Assembly: GCF_000143415.4 (NCBI RefSeq) | Contig: NW_003314456.1 | Span: forward strand, 1 to 56,350 | Direction: 5' to 3' | Origin: Selaginella moellendorffii | Taxonomy: Eukaryota; Plantae; Lycopodiophyta | DNA length: 56,350 nucleotides | Part shown: piece after piece, positions 37,762 to 49,257 of the stretch | How the letters are laid out: every line of letters starts with the position of its first letter | Position numbering within the stretch: position 1 is the stretch's first letter | Made by a program: the position numbers and the translations under genes | Notes under the pieces: model-generated | What the model was told of the DNA's origin: nothing | The model's database searches: none | Seen by the model: only the letters and a program-made list of their open reading frames with translations

Positions 37762-39956
37762 TCTCAGGCTCCGGACTCGGACTCGGACTCGGACTCGGAC
37801 TCGGACTCGAACTCGGATTCGGACTCGGACTCGGGCTCGGGCTCGGTCTCGGCCTCGGCCTCGGTCTCGGTCTTGGCCTCGGCCTCGGTCTCGGTCTCGG
37901 TCCCGATCTCGGTCTCGGTCTAGGTCTCGGTCCCGGTCTCAGTCTCGACTTCGGACTCCATCTCGGACTCCATCTCGGACTCCATCTCGGACTCCATCTC
38001 GGATCCATCTCGGGTCCATCTCGGACTCCATCTCGGACTCCATCTCGGGTCCATCTTGGACTCCATCTCGGACTCCATTTCGGGTCCATCTCGGGTCCAC
38101 CTCGGACTCCATCTCGGACTCCATCTCGGACTCCACTTCGGACTCCAGCTCGGGTCCATCTCAGGTCCACCTCGGACTCCATCTAGGACTCCACTTCGGA
38201 CTCCAACTCGGGTCCATCTCGGGTCCACCTCGGACTCCACTTCGGACTCCATCTCGGACACTCCCACGTGTCATGTGTTGGTCCTTTTGGGTCCCTTTTT
38301 GGAGCCTCGCCTTTTGCTTGCTTCGTGCTCGTTCCTCGGGCACTTTGTTGGGAGTTCCACTCCCGCTCTTGACTTTTCAAGTCGGAGCTTTTGGTCCAAA
38401 CGTGTTACGCTCGTTTCGCTGTCGCTTCGGCCACTACCATGTGGCGCCCTTCTGGCTCCACTTTGGGGCCTAGGGATTTTGTATCTCACAACTCCACCAC
38501 CCATAGACGAAGTTCGATGTCCTCATTGAACGGTAAACCCTTTCATAAAGTAACACCCACACGTGTTACCATTTCCATCCTTGGCACCTAGCCAATCTTT
38601 GTCTATGGTTTGACATCAAAGGCTCACCATGCCTTGTCCATCCTTTAAGGAGCGTAGTCTCTCTAACTTAGAGACTGATTGGACCACATGTAATGGTTCT
38701 CCCCTTTTATTGGTTTAGTTCTCGCTAAACCTCTTAGAGACCCTTCTCTAAATCAATCCCACTACTCCTTCTCGAGTAGTCTCAATTTCCATCTATTGAA
38801 TGTTTGCACCTTGGAACTTTTATTCTTTTGACTTTTTGGAAGTCAATTTTCTAGGTGTCTCCAACACCTTGCATTGCACAGATTGTGCAACTCCACTTCC
38901 CTATCCTAGAAAGTTCATTACTTGAGGGCACCATCATCCTCTCTTCTATTTCGTGCCACCTTGGGCACTAAGTTCCATTTATCATACTTTGTGCTAAGGC
39001 TGTCCATGGCCCTATCATTTGGCTACCTTACCGCTCCCTCACTTGGAGCCTTTACTTCGCCAAATTGGAGCACTTAGGAATCCGTCCTTGAAAGTCCGCT
39101 TCCTTTCCCACAAGCTGTTAGTATTGAACACATTAGTGTTCCTTGGCTAACTTTGCCATTTGGATCCCTTCCATTAAATTCCATGGCCCAAACTTTGGCC
39201 ACTAGTCCTTTGCTCCTATCCTTGATTGTTGCACCCAGCAACATCGGATCGCTACCTCCATTTTTGAGGTATCCTTTCGGTTCCATAGCAAAGACTCTTT
39301 TTTGCCAAGTTTGGAGGATGTTCACCCCTAGTATGTTTCTTTAGCATATTCTGCTATGGGTTCTATCCATGGCCCAACTTCGTGACCCTCCCATGGGTTT
39401 TTTATAGAGACTACTTTCCTCGGACTCACTATGCCATCGGACGGACATAGTTTATTTCCCTTAGGTGCTCTTCCCACTTGGTCATCACGACCAAGCCACA
39501 CCATCTTAAACAGTTCAATTTCAACATTTTGAACCAGGAACTTCATTCCTTAGCCAACCAAGGACCTTGTCCTTATCTGGCCATAAGATCACCTAGTGAT
39601 CTCACCTTGGCACCTTAATAGAGTTGCCAAGAGGTACTTGGTCTTCTAGACCTCCAAGTTGTTGACTATAACCCCGGGGGCATCCCCCACACTCAGCGGT
39701 GCACCCAAGCTAGCCCTTACGGCCAAGGGTTCATAGCAACTGAGATTAGGTGTCCCCATCTCACTCACCACGACCTTGGTGCCACTTGCACCAAAGCGTT
39801 CAAGTTAGATATGCCGAGCTTTCACACTAAGCAATCTAACCGTGCATCACGACTCCGAGGCATCCCTCGCTTGGCGGTGTGCCCAAACCAGTCTCCCCAC
39901 TGAGAGTCCATGACCACCGAAATATGAGTGTCCTCATATTCCAAACCATCACCACG

Positions 39957-40077
39957 CCCTAGTGATTTGGGACTCGAACCCAAGCACTAGAGGGTCGGGA
40001 CTCGAACCCAACCTCCGTATATGCATCTACGGACGGCATCACACTAGATGCCTGGCGTGACTCCCCATGCCGGTGCA
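39957..40077 (-). ncRNA. tRNA-like multi-hairpin element (copy 3, inverted)
   Basis: Reverse complement of 26125-26244; one C>T change turns a G:C stem pair into G:U or A:C. Confidence 0.55.
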
Positions 40078-43000
40078 CCAACCTATTTTTAAAGCGCGCT
40101 ACAGATCACAGCTTAGGAACCTAGTTCCTCCACACTGCTAAGTCCTCTCACTTGACATGTCTATGATCATGCATGGACTCCTCCATGTTCGGCCCCCTGG
40201 CCCACCCTTTTTGAAGATATCACCTTCAACTAGGGTCTTTGTTCCCCCGACGTGCCAATCTCACTTGGCAAGTCCTCCGACCATTGTAACATGGTTCCTG
40301 CATAAGCGTGAAAGTCCTTGACCATCGACTTTCGTTCAAAGCCCTCTCTTTGAACACTCGGGAACTACTTCCCTAACCTTGATAACCTTGCCTCATGGCA
40401 AGCTTCAAGACCACGCTTCTGCTACGCCACTCTGATTTCGCGCGTTCCATGAACCATTTACACTTGGCTTTTTTAGGTACTACGCTACCTAGAATCGTCT
40501 TTGGGAACTTTGAAGGAACTCTGTCCCTCAGCTTGCTAAGGCCTCCCCTTTCGCAAGCTTTATAGTTGCCATATAGTCTAACATGGACAATTCCATATTT
40601 TAGACTCTCCATGGCATCACGGTTGCTAGCAACAACATCCTCGAGCACCCTCTTGATTCTCCACTCCCAACTTTCATAACCACTATTGGATATGCCCTTT
40701 GATTTCTATGGTTCAGTTCCATCCCAACACTACTTGCCTTTGGCTTCACACCTTTCCTTCGGTCATTCTCCTCCAGACCAAGAGGATAGCTTTGCACTTT
40801 CTATCATGCCTTAGCAAGTATTCTTAGGGATGAACCTACCCAATAGCCCAGGGAGTGGTTCCTCAATCCGGGTATGCTCAACTTATAATCCCACACACTG
40901 GGGTTACATTGTTGCTTATGGGCCTTTACATGCTCATCACTAGCCTTGCCAAAATTCCATTTTTGGCTTTGTCCAACTTGGGTAGACAGTCCTCTCCTAT
41001 CTCCGCAACCTTGGACATTTGGATAGCACCTTCTATCCATCATTCGCTAGGGACTTAGTCCCTTGGGCTTTATCCATTGCCCTCGCGACATCAAACACCA
41101 CCTTCTAGTGTTCTAGAGTGTTCGGGTGTCCCAATGATGGCTTTCTTGACGATGAGTATTTCCTTTTATGACATTAACTTACTATATCGCAACATAAGCA
41201 ACTTATCCCCCGTAAGGGTATATCCGACTTCCCTATACTAGAAGTCTTGGGTAGCTACCTTCTACCCGTTTAACCAGTTATTTTGCACCTCTTGCTTAGT
41301 TGCCTCATAGTTGTCAAGTCCTACAACTCATTGCTTGGTGCTTTCACACCTCCATCACTATCTGGGTCACCACACTCCAACTGCATGCTCTACAGCTTAG
41401 GCTATGCCATTCCCATTTCCATTGGGATTCCTTTGGCAAGGGGTTCTCATGAACCCACCAACATAGCCTCAAGGTATCACACCTTGGCACATTTGGTGTC
41501 TCCACACCATCGGCTCCACGAGCCTACCTCTATGACATTTCCCTTCGTGTCTAAGTCTTTGCCAAGACCAACACCGCTCTTTCTCCTGCCAACCATCTGT
41601 TAGCACTGCCCCATAGAGGTCACACACAACTTTATGTCAAAGTTGTTTTCTTCTGGGAACACCTTTCCTATAACTTTAGCATGGCACATTTTGCCATCGA
41701 TGAGATACTCTCTGTTTTCATCCTTGGATCCTATGATCCCCCCCCATCCTTTGTGGGGTACAACGCACCTCAGTCCAAATGCTTCATTCAGTCCTTTTTA
41801 GGACCATCCCTTGACTCTACTTGAGTCGTCTAGCAGTTTTGGACTTGGTTAATCCACCGACCCGTAAGGTCCTACTTGTGAGGCACTAGCTCACTGGAAT
41901 ACACATCTTGCATTCCGGTCCTACTCAAAAGGACTATTTTCACAAGTGTTACTCCGACACTTGATTTTGTTCTCTGGGGGCAACCTTTGCCCCTTAGGAC
42001 TACTTGTCCATGTGATGAGAATACCAACTCATCCACTTAATACACCCCCAACTCCTTGGGTTGTTCCAGCATTTATTAGAGGTAGCCCCGGCTACCATTT
42101 CAAGGACTTGAGTCCTCTTCCGTGCCATGCTAAAGTTATAGGAAAGGTGTTCCTAGAAGAAAACAACTTTGACATAAAGTTGTGTGTGACCTCTATGGGG
42201 TAGTGCTAACAGATGGTTGGCATGAGAAAGATGTAAGCGACTAATTTTTCCATTCTACTTTAGTCACTTAACCACACCTTCGACCACTTCGAGGAGTCTC
42301 ACTCACAACCTCCTTAAGTCCAATTCAGGACTTGGGACTTGCTAGCCCCAAGAATGGCATCCATGCCACTCAACACTTGCACCTGGTCCAAGTGCTCCAC
42401 GTGTCCGGTCCCAAGACCGACACCCAAAGGTACCACTGACATCTCGGCCCGTTACGCTAAGGCCATGCCCATTCACCTTTGCTGCACTAGTGGTCCAATA
42501 CCACTTGCATCACCATCCCGTCTCTCCAAGACTGGGCTATCGGTCCACGAGTGGTCATCCTAGATCCACTCCTTAGCATCCTTAGGATGCCCACAGACTT
42601 GGGGAATCGCCTTCCCCAAAGTCCCTTTGTCAATTCCTACCAAGTCCCTTTTTGCCCCTGGCCGTGTTTGCCAACACTGCCACTGGATCGAGGCCCACAG
42701 GCCCGACCACTAAGTCCCATGGTCCTCTGGGACTTCCTCACCACACGACTGTGTCCTTGGTCACTACCCCAGAGGACTGCTCCTCTTCCTTTCCACAGTC
42801 TAGGCCTTTGGGACAACATTTCGGAACACCGTGGCCTTACGCGAGCCACCTGGGTACTCTCCCCGCCTTTCGCCTTTAGGTGCTCTAGCCATGGGCTTAG
42901 AGCGAGGTTCCGTTGAGCCACACCTGGTATCCAAGTAGGTAGTGCCACCCACACTTGGACTGGGAGCATCGGCCAGTCGATCTCCCGGGGGAACTAGAGC

Positions 43001-43156
43001 CGGCTCTTGAACACTTCACCAAGCTACCCCGCTTGTCTGTCCGTGTTCACTCTAGTCTTGGACTTCCCAGTGGGCATCTCATCACCCAACACTGGGTCCG
43101 GCCTTCCTGGGCCAAACTGGCCTTTCCTGGCCAAACTGGCTCCACTGCAGTCCTCC

Positions 43157-43225
43157 CCCTACTATACTTTTGGAGCTCACCAAACCCCCCAGGGTCTGGG
43201 AGACGAACGCTTTGGGCTTTCACCC
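43157..43225 (-). promoter_or_regulatory. Pol I promoter-like block in inverted LTR A
   Basis: Reverse complement of the 69-bp block. Confidence 0.82.
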
Positions 43226-45447
43226 TCTCAGGCTCCGGACTCGGACTCGGACTCGGACTCGGACTCGGACTCGAACTCGGATTCGGACTCGGACTCGGGC
43301 TCGGGCTCGGTCTCGGCCTCGGCCTCGGTCTCGGTCTTGGCCTCGGCCTCGGTCTCGGTCTCGGTCCCGATCTCGGTCTCGGTCTCGGTCTCGGTCCCGG
43401 TCTCAGTCTCGACTTCGGACTCCATCTCGGACTCCATCTCGGACTCCATCTCGGATCCATCTCGGGTCCATCTCGGACTCCATCTCGGACTCCATCTCGG
43501 GTCCATCTTGGACTCCATCTCGGACTCCATTTCGGGTCCATCTCGGGTCCACCTCGGACTCCATCTCGGACTCCATCTCGGACTCCACTTCGGACTCCAG
43601 CTCGGGTCCATCTCAGGTCCACCTCGGACTCCATCTAGGACTCCACTTCGGACTCCAACTCGGGTCCATCTCGGGTCCACCTCGGACTCCACTTCGGACT
43701 CCATCTCGGACACTCCCACGTGTCATGTGTTGGTCCTTTTGGGTCCCTTTTTGGAGCCTCGCCTTTTGCTTGCTTCGTGCTCGTTCCTCGGGCACTTTGT
43801 TGGGAGTTCCACTCCCGCTCTTGACTTTTCAAGTCGGAGCTTTTGGTCCAAACGTGTTACGCTCGTTTGGCTGTCGCTTCGGCCACTACCATGTGGCGCC
43901 CTTCTGGCTCCACTTTGGGGCCTAGGGATTTTGTATCTCACAAAAGAGCGGTGTTGGTCTTGGCAAAGACTTAGACACGAAGGGAAATGTCATAGAGGTA
44001 GGCTCGTGGAGCCGATGGTGTGGAGACACCAAATGTGCCAAGGTGTGATACCTTGAGGCTATGTTGGTGGGTTCATGAGAACCCCTTGCCAAAGGAATCC
44101 CAATGGAAATGGGAATGGCATAGCCTAAGCTGCAGAGCATGCAGTTGGAGTGTGGTGACCCAGATAGTGATGGAGGTGTGAAAGCACCAAGCAATGATTT
44201 GTAGGACTTGACAACTATGAGGCAACTAAGCAAGAGGTGCAAAATAACTGGTTAAACGGGTAGAAGGTAGCTACCCAAGACTTCTAGTATAGGGAAGTCG
44301 GATATACCCTTATGGGGGATAAGTTGCTTATGTTGCGATATAGTAAGTCAATGTCATAAAAGGAAATACTCATTGTCAAGAAAGCCATCATTGGGACACC
44401 CGAACACTCTAGAACACCAGAAGGTGGTGTTTGATGTCGCGAGGGCAATGGATAAAGCCCAAGGGACTAAGTCCCTAGCGAATGATGGATAGAAGGTGCT
44501 ATCCAAATGTCCAAGGTTGCGGAGATAGGAGAGGACTGTCTACCCAAGTTGGACAAAGCCAAAAATGGAATTTTGGCAAGGCTAGTGATGGGCATGTAAA
44601 GGCCCATAAGCAACAATGTAACCCTAGTGTGTGGGATTATAAGCTGAGCATACCCGGATTGAGGAACCACTCCCTGGGCTATTGGGTAGGTTCATCCCTA
44701 AGAATACTTGCTAAGGCATGATAGAAAGTGCAAAGCTATCCTCCTGGTCTGGAGGAGAATGACCGAAGGAAAGGTGTGAAGCCAAAGGCAAGTAATGTTG
44801 GGATGGAACCGAACCATAGAAATCAAAGGGCATATCCAACAGTGGTTATGAAAGTTGGGAGTGGAGAATCAAGAGGGTGCTCGAGGATGTTGTTGCTAGC
44901 AACCGTGATGCCATAGAGAGTCTAAAATATGGAATTGTCCATGTTAGACTATATGGCAACTATAAAGCTTGCGAAAGGGGAGGCCTTAGCAAGCTGAGGG
45001 ACAGAGTTCCTTCAAGGTTCCCAAAGACGATTTTAGGTAGCGTAGTACCTAAAAAGGCCAAGTGTAAATGGTTCATGGAACGCGCGAAATCAGAGTGGCG
45101 CAGCAGGAGCGTGGTCTTGAAGCTTGCCATGAGGCAAGGTTATCAAGGTGAGGGAAGTAGTTCCCGAGTGTTCAAAGAGAGGGCTTTGAACGAAAGTCGA
45201 TGGTCAAGGACTTTCACGCTTATGCAGGAACCATGTTACAAAGGTCGGAGGACTTGCCAAGTGAGATTGGCACGTCAGGGGAACAAAGACCCTAGTTGAA
45301 GGTTATATCTTCAAAAAGGGTGGGCCAGGGGGCCGAGCATGGAGGAGTCCATGCATGATCACAGACATGTCAAGTGAGAGGACTTGGCAGTGTGGAGGAA
45401 CTAGGTTCCTAAGCTGTGATCTGTAGCGCGCTTTAAAAATAGGTTGG

Positions 45448-45568
45448 TGCACCGGCGTGGGGAGTCACGCCAGGCATCTTGTGTGATGCCGTCCGTAGAT
45501 GCATATACGGAGGTTGGGTTCGAGTCCCGACCCTCTAGTGCTTGGGTTCGAGTCCCAAATCACTAGGG
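45448..45568 (+). ncRNA. tRNA-like multi-hairpin element (copy 4)
   Basis: Copy of 26125-26244. Confidence 0.6.
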
Positions 45569-47032
45569 CGTGGTGATGGTTTGGAATATGAGGACACTCA
45601 TATTTCGGTGGTCATGGACTCTCAGTGGGGAGACTGGTTTGGGCACACCGCCAAGCGAGGGATGCCTCGGAGTCGTGATGCACGGTTAGATTGCTTAGTG
45701 TGAAAGCTCAGCATATCTAACTTGAACACTTTGGTGCAAGTGGCACCAAGGTCGTGGTGAGTGAGATGGGGACACCTAATCTCAGTTGCTATGAACCCTT
45801 GGCCGTAAGGGCTAGCTTGGGTGCACCGCCAAGTGTGGGGGATGCCCCCGGGGTTATAGTCAACAACTTGGAGGTCTAGAAAACCAAGTACCTCTTGGCA
45901 ACTCTGTTAAGGTGCCAAGGTGAGATCACTAGGTGATCTTATGGCCAGAAAGGGACAAGGTCCTTGGTTGGCTAAGGAATGAAGTTCCTGGTTCAAAATG
46001 TTGAAATTGAACTGTTTAAGGTGGTGTGGCTTGGTCGTGATAACCAAGTGGGAAGAGCACCTAAGGGAAATAAACTATGTCCGTGCGATGGCATAGTGAG
46101 TCCGAGGAAAGTAATCTTTATAAAAGACCCATGGGAGGGTCACGAAGTTGGGCCGTGGATAGAGCCCATAGCAGAAGATGCTAAAGAGACGTACTAGGGG
46201 TGAACATCCTCCGGACTTGGTAAAGAAGAGTCTTTGCTATGGAACCGAAACAATACCTCAAGGAGGGAGGTAGAGATTTGATGTTGCTTGGTGCAACAAT
46301 CAACGGATAGGAGCAAAAGATGAGTGGCCAAGATAGGGCCGTGGAATCCCTTGGAAGGAATCCAAGTGACAAAGTTAGGCGAGGAACACTAATGTGTTGG
46401 ACGCTAACAAGTTGCGGGAAAGGAAGTGTGTTTCCAAGGAGGGATTCCGAATTGCTCCGATTTGGCGAAAGTGGAAGCTCCAAGGGAGGGAGCGGTAAGG
46501 TAGCCAAATGATAGGGCGATGGACAACCCTAGCACAAAGTGTGATAAATGGAACTTAGTGCCCAAGGTGGCACGAAATAGAAGAGAGGATGATGGTGCCC
46601 TCAAGTAATGAACTTCCTAGGATAGGGAAGTGGAGTCGCACAAACTGTGCAATGCAAGGTGTTGGAGACACCTAGGAAATTGACTCCAAGAAGTCAAAAT
46701 TCAAAGTTCCAAAGTGCAAAGGTTATATCGATGGAAATTGAGACTACTCGAGAAGGAGTAGTGGGATTGACTTAGAGAAGGGTCTCTAAGAGGTTTAGCG
46801 AAAACTAAACCAATAAAAGGAGAGAACCATTACATGTGGTCCAATCAGTCTCTAAGTTGGAGAGACTACGCTCCTTAAAGGATGGACAAGGCATGGTGAG
46901 CCTTTGATGTCAAACCATAGATAAAGATTGGCTAGGTGCCAAGGATGGAAATGGTAACACGTGTGGGTGTTACTTTATGAAAGGGTTTACCGTTCGATGA
47001 GGACATCGAACTTCGTCTATGGGTGGTGGAGT

Positions 47033-48646
47033 TGTGAGACACAAAATCCCTAGGCCCCAAAGTGGAGCCGGAAGGGCGCCACATGGTAGTGGCCGAAGCG
47101 AGAGCCAAACGAGCGTAACACGTTTGGACCAAAAGCTCCGACTTGAAAAGTCAAGAGCGGGAGTGGAACTCCCAACGAAGTGCTCGAGGAACGAGCACGA
47201 AGCGAGCAAAAGGTGAGGCTCCAAAAAGGGACCCAAAAGGACCAACACATGACACGTGGGAGTGTCCAAGATGGACTCTAGTTGGAGTCCGAAATGGAGT
47301 CCGAGATGGAGTCCGAGATGGACCCGAGATGGAGTCCGAGTTGGATCCGAAATGGAGTCCGAGATGGAGTCCGAGATGGACCCGAGATGGACCCGAGATG
47401 GAGTCCGAGATGGAGTCCGAGATGGACCCGAGATAGACCCGAAATGGAGTCCGAGATGGAGTCCGAGATGGACCCGAAATGGAGTCCGAGATGGACCCGA
47501 GATGGAGTCCGAGATGGAGTCCGAGATGGACCCGAGATGGACCCGAGATGGAGTCCGAGATGGAGTCCGAGATGGAGTCCGAGATGGAGTCCAAAGTCGA
47601 GACCGAGACCGGGACCGAGACCGAGACCGAGACCGAGACCAAGATCGGGACCGAGACTGAGACCGAGGCCGAGGCTGAGACCGAGCCCGAGCCCGAGTCC
47701 GAGTCCGAATCCGAATCCGAGTCCGAGTCCGAGTCCGAGTCCGAGTCCGGAGCCTGAGAGGGTGAAAGCCCAAAGCGTTCGTCTCCCAGACCCTGGGGGG
47801 TTTGGTGAGCTCCAAAAGTATAGTAGGGGGAGGACTGCAGTGGAGCCAGTTTGGCCAGGAAAGGCCAGTTTGGCCCAGGAAGGCCGGACCCAGTGTTGGG
47901 TGATGAGCTGCCCACTGGGAAGTCCAAGACTAGAGTGAACACGGACCGACAAGCGGGGTAGCTTGGTGAAGTGTTCAAGAGCCGGCTCTAGTTCCCCCGG
48001 GAGATCGACTGGCCGATGCTCCCAGTCCAAGTGTGGGTGGCACTACCTACTTGGATACCAGGCGTGGCTCAACGGAACCTCGCTCTAAGCCCATGGCTAG
48101 AGCACCTAAAGGCGATAGGTGGGGAGAGTACCCAGGTGGCTCGCGTAAGGCCACGGTGTTCCGAAATGTTGTCCCAAAGGCCCAGACTGTGGAAAGGAAG
48201 AGGAGCAGTCCTCTGGGGTAGTGACCAAGGACACAGTCATGTGGTGAGGAAGTCCCAGAGGACCGTGGGACTTAGTGGTCGGGCCTGTGGGCCTCGATCC
48301 AGTGGCAGTGTTGGCAAACACGGCCAGGGGCAGAAAGGGACTTGGTAGGAACTGACAAAGGGACTTTGGGGAAGGCGATTCCCCAGGTCTGTGGGCATCC
48401 TAAGGATGCTAAGGAGTGGATCTAGGATGACCACTCGAACACATGGCCCAGTCTTGGAGAGACGAGGTGGTGATGCAAGTGGTGTTGGACCACTAGTGCA
48501 GCATAGGTGAATGGGCCTGGCCTTAGCGTAACGGGCCGAGATGTCAGTGGTACCTTTGAGTGTCGGTCTTGGGACCGGACACGTGGAGCACTTGGACCAG
48601 GTGCAAGTGTTGAGTGGCAGGGATGCCATTCTTGGGGCTAGCAAGT
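47033..48646 (+). repeat. A LTR (3' end lost in gap)
   Basis: TGTGAGACAC after the PPT; runs into the N gap at 48647. Confidence 0.9.
47760..47828 (+). promoter_or_regulatory. Pol I promoter-like block in LTR A
   Basis: Same 69-bp block. Confidence 0.82.
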
Positions 48647-49257
48647 NNNNNNNNNNNNNNNNNNNNNNNNNNNNNNNNNNNNNNNNNNNNNNNNNNNNNN
48701 NNNNNNNNNNNNNNNNNNNNNNNNNNNNNNNNNNNNNNNNNNNNNNNNNNNNNNNNNNNNNNNNNNNNNNNNNNNNNNNNNNNNNNNNNNNNNNNNNNNN
48801 NNNNNNNNNNNNNNNNNNNNNNNNNNNNNNNNNNNNNNNNNNNNNNNNNNNNNNNNNNNNNNNNNNNNNNNNNNNNNNNNNNNNNNNNNNNNNNNNNNNN
48901 NNNNNNNNNNNNNNNNNNNNNNNNNNNNNNNNNNNNNNNNNNNNNNNNNNNNNNNNNNNNNNNNNNNNNNNNNNNNNNNNNNNNNCCGTGCTACTAAAAA
49001 CAAACTCATTTGCACATTGAATCGACTATACTGTATTTACCATCAACTGCTATTGAGGAACTAGGACCGATATCACTTGGGTGCACTGCTGATTCTAAAG
49101 GATTGGATATACGTTTCGACCCTTGCTTGGCACTATCCTTCCTCGACACTAAAGGCTAGTGTTTGTAAATTCAACTGAATAATCTCTACTTACCATTTGC
49201 TCTGCAATCTACATGGACAATGTTAGAAATGGTAAAAGGTTAGGAATGGATGTACTA

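Larger units (their letters stand above)
36768..43942 (-). mobile_element. Inverted family A element nested in the third internal region
   Basis: Near-identical LTRs at 36768-38490 and 42232-43942. TSD AAAGA at 36763-36767 and 43943-43947 splits CATGAGAAAGA|GCGGTG of the host internal region. The PBS-proximal part is replaced by 42122-42231. Confidence 0.88.
21998..48646 (+). mobile_element. Family A tandem array LTR-int-LTR-int-LTR-int-LTR (shared LTRs), non-coding gypsy-like
   Basis: LTRs at ~21998-23644 (5'-truncated), 27862-29964, 34030-35792 and 47033 to gap. PBS TGGTATCGGAGC follows each complete LTR (23648, 29968, 35796). PPT-like GGGTGGTGGAG precedes each downstream LTR. The ~4.1-kb internal regions have no long ORF. 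Confidence 0.92.
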
